Positions 28,996 to 39,003 of a stretch of 64,000 bases of DNA are shown here, piece after piece. Positions within the stretch are counted from its first letter, which is position 1. Every line of letters starts with the position of its first letter. Origin of the DNA: a virus; the IMG/VR virus record IMGVR_UViG_3300010334_000001, positions 6,450 to 70,449 of that record; one strand, written 5' to 3'. The notes beneath the pieces are model-generated. The model did not search any database. It saw only the letters and a list, made by a program, of their open reading frames with translations, and was not told the origin of the DNA. The translations under genes were made by a program, and so were the position numbers.

Positions 28996-29613
28996 ATGTG
29001 TGCTTCGTGTAAGTGTGGCTGTAAGCCGGGTAAGCCTGCTAAGGGTTGCGATTGCCAGTGCAAGGAGTGTCGTGCGGCTCGCGAATCGGTGGGGAAGTCG
29101 TTTTCGGATTTGTCTTTGATTGCTAAGGCGTCATGGAAAGAGGCAGTAAATCTTTCCAAGGCCATGAAGATGAAGAGCCGTGAAAACTATGTTGCGAATG
29201 CTGGGGCGCTTTCTGGTGCTATCGGTGGTTCGGTACTGGGTGCTCACGCGACTCGTCGTCTACGCCGTCGTCCCGCGGTAATGCTCGGTACTACCGTTGC
29301 AGGGAGCCTTGCTGGGGCTGTTGCTGGTACTGCTGCTACTGGTCCTCTTCGTCGCAAAATGGCGAATAAGAAGGCTGCTCAAATGAATGTGGGTAAGTCT
29401 CTTTCTGACCTTGGTGTTGTGGCGAAGGCTTCCCCGTTTGGTTCTATGGGTAATGCTTTTAAGGGCGTTGGCTCGTTGAAGCCGGTGGGTGGCGACATGA
29501 AGCGTCGCATGACGAACAATGCGGCTGTGGCGTCGGTGCAGCGTAAGCGCCGGATGAATGATTCTGTGAGCCCGTTTAAGGACATGTCGAATCCGCTTCG
29601 GCGAATAATGTAG
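28996..29613 (+). CDS. basic protein with a metallothionein-like Cys-rich N-terminus
   Basis: MCASCKCGCKPGKPAKGCDCQCKEC; repeated VGKS.SDL...AKAS; AAGGAG RBS. Confidence 0.6.
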   Translation: MCASCKCGCKPGKPAKGCDCQCKECRAARESVGKSFSDLSLIAKASWKEAVNLSKAMKMKSRENYVANAGALSGAIGGSVLGAHATRRLRRRPAVMLGTTVAGSLAGAVAGTAATGPLRRKMANKKAAQMNVGKSLSDLGVVAKASPFGSMGNAFKGVGSLKPVGGDMKRRMTNNAAVASVQRKRRMNDSVSPFKDMSNPLRRIM

Positions 29614-29622
29614 TAGGCGGCC

Positions 29623-30117
29623 ATGTCTTGGTCGTATTCAGGTGATCCGTCGTCTAGTGATCGTGACGCGATCCGTTTCCTCATTCAGGATGTGGATCAT
29701 GAGCGTCCGTTGCTGTCCAATGAAGATATTGGTTATTTGATTTCTTTGTGGATGCCGAAGTATGACTCGGTTTTGTTGACGGCTGCTCAGTGTTGTGAGG
29801 TTGTTGCTGGTTCGTTTGCCCGTGAGGTGAGCGTGTCGGCTGATGGTGTGTCTGTGGCGGTGTCTGAGCTGCAGGAGAAGTACAACGCTCTTGCGGAGTC
29901 GTTGCGGGATCAGTGGAAAATTGAGCAGGCGGGCCTTCCGATTGTGGAGGGTGTTTTGTTTGATGAGTATCCGGATCCGTCTATTAAGCCGCTTCGTTTT
30001 GGTGTTGGGTTTATGGACAATTTTCGGGCTGGTCGTGAGGATTACGGTGATTATGATCCGGGGTCTCAGCCTCAGGTGCCGTATCCGGATGATCCGGCCT
30101 GGTGGCCGACGGAGTAG
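29623..30117 (+). CDS. head-to-tail adaptor
   Basis: MSWSYSGDPSSSDRDAIRFLIQD...LLSNEDI. Confidence 0.75.
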   Translation: MSWSYSGDPSSSDRDAIRFLIQDVDHERPLLSNEDIGYLISLWMPKYDSVLLTAAQCCEVVAGSFAREVSVSADGVSVAVSELQEKYNALAESLRDQWKIEQAGLPIVEGVLFDEYPDPSIKPLRFGVGFMDNFRAGREDYGDYDPGSQPQVPYPDDPAWWPTE

Positions 30118-30121
30118 GGCT

Positions 30122-30589
30122 GTGACGTATCCGAAGCCGTTTTCTACGTATATGGCGTTGCAGGTGGCGCGTCGTTATGTGGAGCGGAATATGAACACTC
30201 TTGTGCGGGTCTCTCATATGGCGGCGCCTACGCCTCATGTGGATGGTTCGAGTACGGCTACTTCTGACAATGTGGTGTATGAGGGCCGTGGTCATTTGGC
30301 TGTGTTGTCTGGGCCGATGACGGTGGGTTTGGGTGATGTGCCTCAGTTTTTTGCTACGACGGTGTTGTCGATTCCGGTGGTGACGTCGCTTGGCACGGTG
30401 GATCCGATGATTAACGACATGGTGGAGGTTCTTCGTCAGGAGGACCGGATGGTGGTTGATCGGGTTTTTCGGGTGATGCACGTGGAGACGGCGGGTTTGC
30501 TTCCTGTGGTGCATCGGTTGCAGTTGACGGGTTGGGAGCAGGTTAATTTGAATCAGGATTCGACGATTCCGCCTGAGTGGTTGGTGTGA
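30122..30589 (+). CDS. head-to-tail stopper (DUF6093-like)
   Basis: VVYEGRGHL...LSIP...DMVEV...RVFRV; gene position; GTG at 30122. Confidence 0.65.
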   Translation: MTYPKPFSTYMALQVARRYVERNMNTLVRVSHMAAPTPHVDGSSTATSDNVVYEGRGHLAVLSGPMTVGLGDVPQFFATTVLSIPVVTSLGTVDPMINDMVEVLRQEDRMVVDRVFRVMHVETAGLLPVVHRLQLTGWEQVNLNQDSTIPPEWLV

Positions 30590-30590
30590 T

Positions 30591-30833
30591 GTGAAGCCTG
30601 ATGAATTTGCTGTGCGTATGCAGCAGCTTGCGGACCGTGGCCATTTCGCTGAGTCACAGGCGAAGGCTGCCGGGTTACAGGCGATGGCTCGCACGAAGGT
30701 GTATGGGCATCAGATTTATGGCAATTACACGACGGTTCGAGTGTCGGGTCCTCGAGCGCGCACGGTTGCTCGCTCGTTGACTCGTAGGGCTTCTGTGGCT
30801 GTTGTGAGGGCGTTGAGAGGGGCGTTCAAATGA
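30591..30833 (+). CDS. hypothetical neck-region protein
   Basis: Position between stopper and terminator. Confidence 0.5.
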   Translation: MKPDEFAVRMQQLADRGHFAESQAKAAGLQAMARTKVYGHQIYGNYTTVRVSGPRARTVARSLTRRASVAVVRALRGAFK

Positions 30834-31267
30834 TTGACACAGGTCGTGTTCTTGTGGACGTTTTGGAAGGTTTCAGGGTTCTGAGTGAGCAGCAGGTGGG
30901 GGACGGTATTCGTCCCGAGAATGTGGGTTGGTTGAATGGTGAACCAAATACAGGTGTGTTTGTGCCGTATTCGGTAGTGACGATTGCCGGCGCCACTACC
31001 AGGGATATGCCGCTGTCGTATGACCAGCTCGTAAAGTCGTGGCAGGTGACGTTTCGGCTGACCCATTATGGGGCGTCTCGTGCTCAGACTGATTTCGTGG
31101 CGACCAAAGTGCGCGGTGCCGTTAGTGGCTTTATGAGGCAGCCGGCTGGTGGGTTTGAGGTCACGGGTGCCCGGTGGGCTGGTTTGGGGTCGATGACGCG
31201 TGACGATTCGATTAACCCGCCCCTGTGGAGTGTGTCAGATACCCTCATTTTGATGCTTGACTCTTGA
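30830..31267 (+). CDS. tail terminator
   Basis: VGDGIRP..GW...PYSVV...YGASRAQ.D..A.KVR; position before the major tail gene. Confidence 0.7.
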   Translation: MIDTGRVLVDVLEGFRVLSEQQVGDGIRPENVGWLNGEPNTGVFVPYSVVTIAGATTRDMPLSYDQLVKSWQVTFRLTHYGASRAQTDFVATKVRGAVSGFMRQPAGGFEVTGARWAGLGSMTRDDSINPPLWSVSDTLILMLDS

Positions 31268-31340
31268 GCAGAATGCCTCAAAATGCCTCTAGACTGAGAG
31301 GAAAGTTTCTCGCGCGAGTAACTACCAGGAAGGCACCACC

Positions 31341-31823
31341 ATGGCACGCATTATTCCCAATGAGAAGAGCTGGATTGCTTTTTCTCTGACCAAGCCGGTC
31401 AGCCTGTCGGGTCCTACGGATGCCGAGCTTGCGGCATCCACCGTTCTGACTGCATACGTTGTGTCCATCAACGCTCAGACTCAGGGCAACACGGTCCCCA
31501 CCCCAAGCCTTGCTTCGCTGTTCGAGACGAACATCCCGGGCACCGTTCAGGCATCGTTCACGGGCGACTTCTACCGTGATGATGCGGACGACATTGCGTG
31601 GGAGGCCCTGACTCGCGGCACTGTCGGCTACTTCTACATCTCCCGCTTCGGCGGCACCGGCACGGGCCACATGCCTATTGCCGGTGAGTACGTCGAGGTG
31701 TGGCCCGTGGCCATCACCGCACGTACTGCGTCGGCGATGACGAACAACACTGTTCAGACGTTCACCCTTACTGCTGCTGTGCCGGTTGAGCCGGTTGAGC
31801 ACGCAACTGTTGTTGCTGACTAG
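31341..31823 (+). CDS. major tail (tube) protein
   Basis: PTDAEL..., F.TNIPGT, FYRDD..D.AW.AL..G..GY..ISR.GG, VEVWPV. Confidence 0.8.
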   Translation: MARIIPNEKSWIAFSLTKPVSLSGPTDAELAASTVLTAYVVSINAQTQGNTVPTPSLASLFETNIPGTVQASFTGDFYRDDADDIAWEALTRGTVGYFYISRFGGTGTGHMPIAGEYVEVWPVAITARTASAMTNNTVQTFTLTAAVPVEPVEHATVVAD

Positions 31824-31930
31824 TAATTGTGATCGTTGGTGACGGCCCTGATGGGCTGGGGAAGTCGGACGGGGCCGTCACTAGCAAGCCAAACCGAGGC
31901 CGTAAGGCCAGACCAGTCGGAAAGGACACC

Positions 31931-32350
31931 ATGAGCACGCAAACCCGCAGGCCCGCCACGTTCGCGGACCTTAAGCACAAGCCTCCGCGCACCAAGGAGG
32001 TTGTCCTGGCTGTCCCAGATCAGGACGGCAATGTTATTGAGTACGTTTTCACGCTGCGCGCCATTGGCTCTAAGGCCTATGACGTGCTGGTGGGCCTTCA
32101 TCCTCCGACGTCGGAGCAGAAGAAGGAACAGATGACGTACAACCCCGATTCCTTCGGTCCCGCCCTTATTGCTGCTTGTTCGGTGACCCCGCATCTGACG
32201 CCTAACGAGGCGAAGGAACTGTGGGATTCGGACGAGTGGAGCCGAGGCGAAGTGATGGCGTTGTTCGCGGCGTCGGTTGAGGTGAATTCCAAGGGCCTTG
32301 ATGTCCCTTTCACCGAGCCCGCCTCCGATACGACGCCGCCTTCGCCTTAG
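31931..32350 (+). CDS. tail assembly chaperone (G)
   Basis: Between major tail and tape measure; AAGGAC RBS; HPPT.EQ...YNPDSF.PALIAAC. Confidence 0.8.
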   Translation: MSTQTRRPATFADLKHKPPRTKEVVLAVPDQDGNVIEYVFTLRAIGSKAYDVLVGLHPPTSEQKKEQMTYNPDSFGPALIAACSVTPHLTPNEAKELWDSDEWSRGEVMALFAASVEVNSKGLDVPFTEPASDTTPPSP

Positions 32351-32664
32351 AGGTTTCTTGGTGCGCTGATCACGGCCTGCCCCATTCGCAGTTATTGGAC
32401 TGGGACGCGGAGGACCGGGCAAAGCTCGTCGCTTGGCTTTTGGAGTCAGGCAGCAAGTGCCCGTCTTGTGGGACGGCGCAGTGGGAATGGGAGGAGGATC
32501 GCTTTGCGTACGAGCCGTCAACGCTGCAGTGCCATGGCTGTTACCTCAAAGAAGTCTCCAACGAGACTCAAGAGTCCCTCCCGGGTTCTCGTATCGTCTT
32601 GTTGCCTAAAGACACGGTCGAGCAGTTGCGCTCACAAGCTTCCCGTCTTCCGGGGGGTTTGTAA
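32305..32664 (+). CDS. tail assembly chaperone GT extension via -1 frameshift at C CCT TTC (32305-32311)
   Basis: The -1 frame opens after TGA 32299-32301 and reads PFHRARLRYDAAFALEVSWCADHGLPHSQLLDWDAEDRAK...CPSCG..CHGC. Confidence 0.8.
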   Translation, partial: PFHRARLRYDAAFALEVSWCADHGLPHSQLLDWDAEDRAKLVAWLLESGSKCPSCGTAQWEWEEDRFAYEPSTLQCHGCYLKEVSNETQESLPGSRIVLLPKDTVEQLRSQASRLPGGL

Positions 32665-35600
32665 ATGAGCGAGATGATGGTTGATATCGGCTTGAATGTC
32701 GATGCAACCCAATATTTGCAGACCATGGGGCAGGCTGTTGCTGTCACCAAGCAGTACACGAATGTGGCGTCGGGCCTTAATGGTCGTGTTGCTGACCTAA
32801 ATAAGGGTTTTGTAGGCCTGACGAACCGCATGACGGGGTTCAACAAGGTCAATACGGTTGCTGTCGATACTGCTGCCGCCTACCAGAAGCAGTTGGCTGG
32901 TATTGAGGCTAAGGCCGCTATCACGGGTAAGTCATTTGCGTCTTTGGAGAAGACGACTAAGTCACTTGCGCGTAACTTCCCCATTGGTATGGGCGAGGCC
33001 GTGGATGTGGTCGAGTCGCTCATGAAGTCTGGCGTTAAGTCCGAGAAGCAGATTGATTCCCTTGGGAAGTCGTTTGTTCGTTTGGGCGCGGCAACGGGAA
33101 CTGCGGCGTCCGTGGTGGGCACGGAGCTGCTGCAGCTGAACAAGGCCATGGGTAATGGCATCAGCCAGTTTGACGCGTTGTCAGATTCCGTGGTGGGCGC
33201 TACCGCCAAACTGGGCGGTACGGCCCCAAGTGTGATTGCCTTTTCTAAGGCTTTGGCACCTGTTGCTGCCACAGTGGGCATATCTCAGACTGCTGTGATC
33301 GGTTTGTCGACCGCCATGTCCAGCCTTGGCGAGGACGGCTATCGGGCCGCTAACACGTTTAACAAGGTCATGTTGGATATGAACCGGTCTATTCGCGACG
33401 GCGGTCCTGACCTGAAGGCGTACGCGGATCTTTTGGGCACGACGACGGATCGTTTGTCGGCTGCCTTTAAGAAGGATCCCACGGAGGTGTTGAATCGGTT
33501 TGCTGATGCTGTGGCGAAGCAGGGGCCGAATATTTCTCGCCAGTTGGATGCTCTTGGTTTTGATTCGGTGCGTGATACGAGGTCGTTGACGGCTTTGGCT
33601 CGTGCGGGTGGTCCTCGAGCAGCCATCAACCAGGCTGTTGCTTCGTACGGGTCTGGTGCTACGTCACAGGCTGCTGAAATTGCTATGGGTGGCGTGGTGG
33701 ATGAGGCCACCAAGCTCAAGGAGTCCATGAGCCAGGTTGTGGCAAATGTGGGCAAGCCTTTGCTGGGTATTGCGAAGACTCAGTTGCAGATTGCTGGCGC
33801 GGTGTCAAACACAATGGCGTCGTTGACTGAATCGGGGCCGGGGCAAGCCGCGTTGGGTGTGGCCGGTGGTGCGGGGGTTGCTGGGTCTCTTGCTATGGGT
33901 GCCGTGCAGACCGGTGGAATTATTGCTTTAAGCAAATTTGCTGGCAGCAAACTCTTTGGCAAGGAGTCAGGGTTTGCTGCGGGCCGCGGCCTTGCGATGT
34001 CTGGTGGCGAATACGGGGCTGCTGCTGGTGGAGGTCAGCGCGTTGGCTACTTGGCTCAGGCCGCCATGATGGGTTTGCGTCCAGGCGGTGGAGTGGATCC
34101 TCTTGCCGCTAGCCAGCAATCTTCAGTCAGAAGATTGGCTGGTGCTTCAGCCAGATTTACTTTGTCTGGTGCTGAAAAGCTTTTTAACGCATCAAGCACA
34201 AATTACATTTCCACTGCCGCAGGCCTTCCTCCTGTTGGCAGGACGGTGGAGGGTCAAGCATTCTTGCGGACAATCCAAGAGTCGTCTCGCACCATGGGTA
34301 CTGCGGCGCTTACGGGTAACCGTGAGGCTTTTGCTGCAGCGCAGAAAGCTGCGGATGCGGCTAAACAATCATTTAGTGCACTAGTGAAGTCCGGTGCGGA
34401 AACACCGCTTACGCGTAGTGCTGGTTTGATTGCTCGAGGTGCAGGGCAAGCCGTAATTGGTTCTGCCGAGCTTATTAGAGGCGCAGGTTATAGAGCGGGC
34501 GCATTGGGGTTGGCTGGTCTTGGTTCTTTAGGCCTGACCGGCCCAATGCTTGGTTTGGTTGCCGCTGGCGGTACTGCCTATGCGGGTTACAAGATGTACC
34601 AGGGTCAGCAAGAGAATCTTGGAAAGATTCGCGTTTCCCGTGAGGACATCTATTCCCAGTACAACAGTTTTGCTGAGTCTGTAGGTAAGGCCGGCAAGGG
34701 ATTGGTGTCGTTTTCTGCTCAAGTTGAGGCCAATACAAATGTGTTGTCTGATCAGAACTCCACTATGAAGCAGGCTTTGAGCCTGACTAACAGTGAGTTG
34801 AATCAGGCGACTCAGCCAGGTTACGAAGCGCGGTTCAAAATCCAAGGCGACACAAAGACGCGTCAATCTATTGGTGCGCAGTTGCAGGCAACGCTGGGTC
34901 CCAATGCCTCACCTGATCTTGTTGCCCGCGCTTTGTCGGATGTTGCTAGTCAGGTTGGCGCACCTATGGCGCAGCAAGTGGCAAAGGATATGGAAAGCTT
35001 TTTCCAGCCTAGGTCACAAGGTGGCGGAAACGTCGATTACACGAGCCTTCTAAGAAGCATGGAAGCGAACAAGCCAGCGCTGTCTGGAATTGGTTCGCTT
35101 ATGCAAAAGGGAAGCATGATCCTCCCCTTGGTTGGTCCTCACCTTGCTGTTGCAGGTCAGTTGCTTTCTGGTCAAACAAATGAAGCCCAAACAAATATGG
35201 CTATTCAAATGGCGACTTCTGCACAGCAGCGTGCTACCGAAATTGGAGGCATTTACGGAGGAACAGCCAAAATTGGCGGCAGAGATATTTCTGCTACCTC
35301 TGTGTCAACTATTGAAGAAGCACAGAAAATCTACAACGCGGCCTTGAACGGGTCCGTAGCGGATAGAAAGGCTGCAGCTGAAGCAATCGGTGGATTGTTT
35401 GGATTTTCTGAGGATAAAGCGAACGCAACCGGTATGTCTACTGGCCTGATGGGCCCGGCTGCACTCAACAACAAAATGTCGTTTACGGACTTCATGTCTG
35501 GTGTTGCCGGATACGACGGAGGCGACGGCAAGATCACTGCAGGACTTGATTATCAGGCTCTTGTAGCATCAAATTACAAGTTTGGTTCAAACAACTTTTC

Positions 35601-38600
35601 CATGTTTGGCACTAAGGCTCCTGAAAGTGAAACTGCAGCCAAGAGCCTTGAGTCATCTTTTAATGCTCTATCGGGGTCGGCAGCGAAACTTGTTGATGGC
35701 ATGTTTGAAGCCGAGAAGGCCGCTCGTACATACGGAACTACTGTTGCGGATCTGTCAGCAGAACAGTCAAAGGGCTTGAGCGCTTTAGGCAAAGCGCAGC
35801 GAGCATACGACACTTATGGCGGCGATAATCAACGTTATGTTGCTGGCCAGGCATATGCCGCTAATGCTCGAGCGGGTACTAAAACAGGCGCGGAAGCGCT
35901 ATTTGCTTTGCAATTGGCTGAAGTTGCTGCGCCTACAGATTCAAATAAGCAGCGAGCCGTAAATACGGCTATTGGGTTGCAGCAACAGCAAATGCAACTG
36001 CAATATGCAGGCCGCCCTCAGGCTTTGCAAATTCTTGAAGGTATGCGCGTCGGGCAAATTGCTACAAGCATGCCTATGGGTACTGATAGGAATCAGAACG
36101 GCGTAATCCAGTCAGGCCGAGACTTGGGTGTTCAGTCGCAAGCTCAGGGCAAGGAACTTGTGGCAAGCCTTAACCGTGCTTATGGGGCGATGACGGCACA
36201 GATTGGTTCCATCAATCGGTCCTCGGGTATTCAGATTGGTTCCATTCGTCGTGATGCCCGTTTGAATGAGGGTTATGCACGTCAAGATTTTGGTATCCAA
36301 CGCCAGTACGCGTCTGAGGATATTGGTATTACGCGTCAGCGTATGGCTCGAGATTTTGGTATCAGCGTGCAAAGGTCGGAAGCAGATTTCCGGCGTTCGT
36401 CTTTGTACGCTGAGGAAGATTTCAACAGAACTAAGACGCGAGCTTATGAGGATTACGACCGGCAGGCATTGCGCGCTCAGGCAGATTTCAACGTGCAGAA
36501 GTCGCGCGCTGAAGATGATTATCAGGTGGGGCGCACTCGGGCTTCCCGTGATTTCTTCCTAGGTCAAAGGCGCGCTGAGGAAGACTTCAATAAGTCTCGC
36601 ACTCGCATGGTTGAGGATTTCAATAAGCAGACAGCTCGTATGGTTGAGGATTCTGCTAAGTCGATGTACGACCCGTTTAAGCGTATGAGTGTTCAGATGG
36701 TGATGGACGCCGGGCAACTGGTGACGAATCTGAAAGATCAGACGGCTGCTATGCAAAAGCAGGTTGGCAACCTTGCGACGGCTCGTTCCATGGGCTTAAG
36801 TGAAGAAGCAATCAAGGCCTTGAATTTGTCGGACTCAACAAATGCCCAGCAATTACAACGCCTGGTGTCAGATTTGCAAGGTAACAGCGCTCTTGTGGGT
36901 CAAATCAATGCCTCTGTTAATGCTCGCGGTGCTGCTGCGGGGGCATTGGCGACGGATATGGGTAATACGTCTTACCAGCGTTCTCTTGAAGATTTCAATA
37001 CGGCTTTGGCTCGTTCGGATGCCGATTTTGCTACAAGCATGAGTCGAGCTACGACCGATTTCAATACGAGCATGTCTGACTCACAGGCTGATTTTGATAA
37101 GCAAATGGCTCGCGCTGACGAAGATTTTAAGAGAAGCGTTAGTAGGTCACTGGAGGACTTCAATACAGGTATCACGCGCTTGGACGCGGATTACCAAACT
37201 GGTGTCCTGCGCGCTAATGACGCTCACGCTATTGAGATGGCTCGAGCCACGGAGGAGTACAACAAAACCCTTCAAGATATGGCCGATGATTTTAACAAGA
37301 ACATGTTGCGCTCGGAAAAGGCTCTAAATCTGAGTATTGAGCGCATGAAGGTTCGTACGGCTAATGCGATTAAAGACGTGGGTGCTCAGGCCGGCGCAAA
37401 TATTCAGTCGATGAAAGAGCAGTTTGTTCAGTTGCTGCAGCAGTCAAGTTCTAATGAGGTGGAAGCCGCTAACACTCTTATTGGCAATATTACTGGTTTA
37501 ACTAAAGATCCTAGAGAGTGGGGCGACGACATTAAGGCTGCCCTTGCCATTGCCTACAATTCGGCTAAGAAGGATTTGCCTCCGTATTTGCAGGAGTTTG
37601 ACGTCAATTTCAAAACAAATAAATTGCCGCCGCACGGGGCTCAAGCAGGGGCAGAAGCCACCGGCACGTATACAGATTCGAACAACGTGAGCCCCTACAA
37701 GGACATGGCTGACAATCCGATCTCAGCCTTGGTTGATGTGGGCAAGGCAGCATGGCAAGGATTCTTGGAAGGGTTTACTTCTTCTCTGAAGTCAGATCAA
37801 AACGTGTTTCTGGCTGCATGGAACGGTCTAGTTGGCAGCGTTAAGGGCGCGTTAGGAATTGCTTCGCCATCAAAAGTGTTCATTGAGATCGGAAAAAATG
37901 TTATTGAAGGCCTTGTTTTTGGAATCACGGACACCATTGGTGGCGTGTGGGAACGGATTACCGCGCCTCTGATGAATTTGGACGTTGCCGGCAAAACTAT
38001 CGCAGCTTTTGATGACGTCAAGAGGTGGCTGAGCGGTCTTGGCGGTTCAATCAGTGATTGGGTTGGGGATGCTTGGGACTCTCTTAAGCAGGTTCCAGGA
38101 GATATTGGCAATGTAGTGCTGCATGCTTTTGATGACGCAAAAGCTTGGCTGTCCAATTTGGGTACAAACATTGTTTCGTGGGTAGATGACGCATGGAAAA
38201 ACATTCTCTCCATGATGCCTACAGTCCAAGACGTTCTTAAATCTGTAGAGGACGCCTTTGGTGTTGGTGGCGATGATGCTGGTGCTGCTGGTTGGCTCAT
38301 GGGCTTAGGTGACACCGTTACTGAGTGGGTTGGTGACGCATGGCATCACATCACAGATGATCTTCCTAAGCCTGAGGATGTTTTGAACAAGGTCATGAGC
38401 GTGTTTGGGACTGCTGGTAAGGACGGTAAGGCTGGCACGGGCGTTGTGGGTTTCTTTGGCGATTTGATTAAAACGTTTGGTACATGGCTCCCAGATGTTT
38501 CGGAATTCACAGACTTCTTCACTAAGAGAATCGTGAATCCTTTCATTGAAGCGATGAACCGAATTATCGATAAATGGAATGATCTTTCGTTCAATATTAT

Positions 38601-39003
38601 TGGTGGTGATTTCTTAGGTGTTCATTACGACGGCTTGACGTTAAGCACTCCAGATATCCCTCGTATAACTCCGTTTGCTTTGGGCGGTATCGCTACTCGT
38701 CAGATGAACGCCCTGATTGGTGAGGCCGGTTACCCCGAGGCCGTTATTCCTTTGAACGCTCGTGGCGCAGATGTTCTAGCAGCCACTATGGCTCGTTACT
38801 TGGACAACTCCACTGTGCGCGGATCCCAGACAATGGCTAATTCCAGCCAAGTGGTCAACCATTTCTCCAGCTCGTACGACTATCGCACGCAGTTCTCTGG
38901 GGCTATCACTGTTCAGGCTAATGATCCGGATGCTATGGCGGCGAAACTGGCGGCGCGTCAAAGGATGCAGCGTTTGTCTCAGCCCATTGGTGGTGCTCGA
39001 TGA
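32665..39003 (+). CDS. tape measure protein (2112 aa)
   Basis: TP901-like N-terminal core; 11-aa EDFN-type repeats; Trp-spaced repeats; C-terminal FALGGI...IGEAG.PEAVIPL. Confidence 0.93.
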   Translation: MSEMMVDIGLNVDATQYLQTMGQAVAVTKQYTNVASGLNGRVADLNKGFVGLTNRMTGFNKVNTVAVDTAAAYQKQLAGIEAKAAITGKSFASLEKTTKSLARNFPIGMGEAVDVVESLMKSGVKSEKQIDSLGKSFVRLGAATGTAASVVGTELLQLNKAMGNGISQFDALSDSVVGATAKLGGTAPSVIAFSKALAPVAATVGISQTAVIGLSTAMSSLGEDGYRAANTFNKVMLDMNRSIRDGGPDLKAYADLLGTTTDRLSAAFKKDPTEVLNRFADAVAKQGPNISRQLDALGFDSVRDTRSLTALARAGGPRAAINQAVASYGSGATSQAAEIAMGGVVDEATKLKESMSQVVANVGKPLLGIAKTQLQIAGAVSNTMASLTESGPGQAALGVAGGAGVAGSLAMGAVQTGGIIALSKFAGSKLFGKESGFAAGRGLAMSGGEYGAAAGGGQRVGYLAQAAMMGLRPGGGVDPLAASQQSSVRRLAGASARFTLSGAEKLFNASSTNYISTAAGLPPVGRTVEGQAFLRTIQESSRTMGTAALTGNREAFAAAQKAADAAKQSFSALVKSGAETPLTRSAGLIARGAGQAVIGSAELIRGAGYRAGALGLAGLGSLGLTGPMLGLVAAGGTAYAGYKMYQGQQENLGKIRVSREDIYSQYNSFAESVGKAGKGLVSFSAQVEANTNVLSDQNSTMKQALSLTNSELNQATQPGYEARFKIQGDTKTRQSIGAQLQATLGPNASPDLVARALSDVASQVGAPMAQQVAKDMESFFQPRSQGGGNVDYTSLLRSMEANKPALSGIGSLMQKGSMILPLVGPHLAVAGQLLSGQTNEAQTNMAIQMATSAQQRATEIGGIYGGTAKIGGRDISATSVSTIEEAQKIYNAALNGSVADRKAAAEAIGGLFGFSEDKANATGMSTGLMGPAALNNKMSFTDFMSGVAGYDGGDGKITAGLDYQALVASNYKFGSNNFSMFGTKAPESETAAKSLESSFNALSGSAAKLVDGMFEAEKAARTYGTTVADLSAEQSKGLSALGKAQRAYDTYGGDNQRYVAGQAYAANARAGTKTGAEALFALQLAEVAAPTDSNKQRAVNTAIGLQQQQMQLQYAGRPQALQILEGMRVGQIATSMPMGTDRNQNGVIQSGRDLGVQSQAQGKELVASLNRAYGAMTAQIGSINRSSGIQIGSIRRDARLNEGYARQDFGIQRQYASEDIGITRQRMARDFGISVQRSEADFRRSSLYAEEDFNRTKTRAYEDYDRQALRAQADFNVQKSRAEDDYQVGRTRASRDFFLGQRRAEEDFNKSRTRMVEDFNKQTARMVEDSAKSMYDPFKRMSVQMVMDAGQLVTNLKDQTAAMQKQVGNLATARSMGLSEEAIKALNLSDSTNAQQLQRLVSDLQGNSALVGQINASVNARGAAAGALATDMGNTSYQRSLEDFNTALARSDADFATSMSRATTDFNTSMSDSQADFDKQMARADEDFKRSVSRSLEDFNTGITRLDADYQTGVLRANDAHAIEMARATEEYNKTLQDMADDFNKNMLRSEKALNLSIERMKVRTANAIKDVGAQAGANIQSMKEQFVQLLQQSSSNEVEAANTLIGNITGLTKDPREWGDDIKAALAIAYNSAKKDLPPYLQEFDVNFKTNKLPPHGAQAGAEATGTYTDSNNVSPYKDMADNPISALVDVGKAAWQGFLEGFTSSLKSDQNVFLAAWNGLVGSVKGALGIASPSKVFIEIGKNVIEGLVFGITDTIGGVWERITAPLMNLDVAGKTIAAFDDVKRWLSGLGGSISDWVGDAWDSLKQVPGDIGNVVLHAFDDAKAWLSNLGTNIVSWVDDAWKNILSMMPTVQDVLKSVEDAFGVGGDDAGAAGWLMGLGDTVTEWVGDAWHHITDDLPKPEDVLNKVMSVFGTAGKDGKAGTGVVGFFGDLIKTFGTWLPDVSEFTDFFTKRIVNPFIEAMNRIIDKWNDLSFNIIGGDFLGVHYDGLTLSTPDIPRITPFALGGIATRQMNALIGEAGYPEAVIPLNARGADVLAATMARYLDNSTVRGSQTMANSSQVVNHFSSSYDYRTQFSGAITVQANDPDAMAAKLAARQRMQRLSQPIGGAR

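Noticed and set aside
36250-37300. 33-nt periodic GAAGATTTCAA-like repeats
   Set aside because: These are the 11-residue repeats of the tape measure protein.
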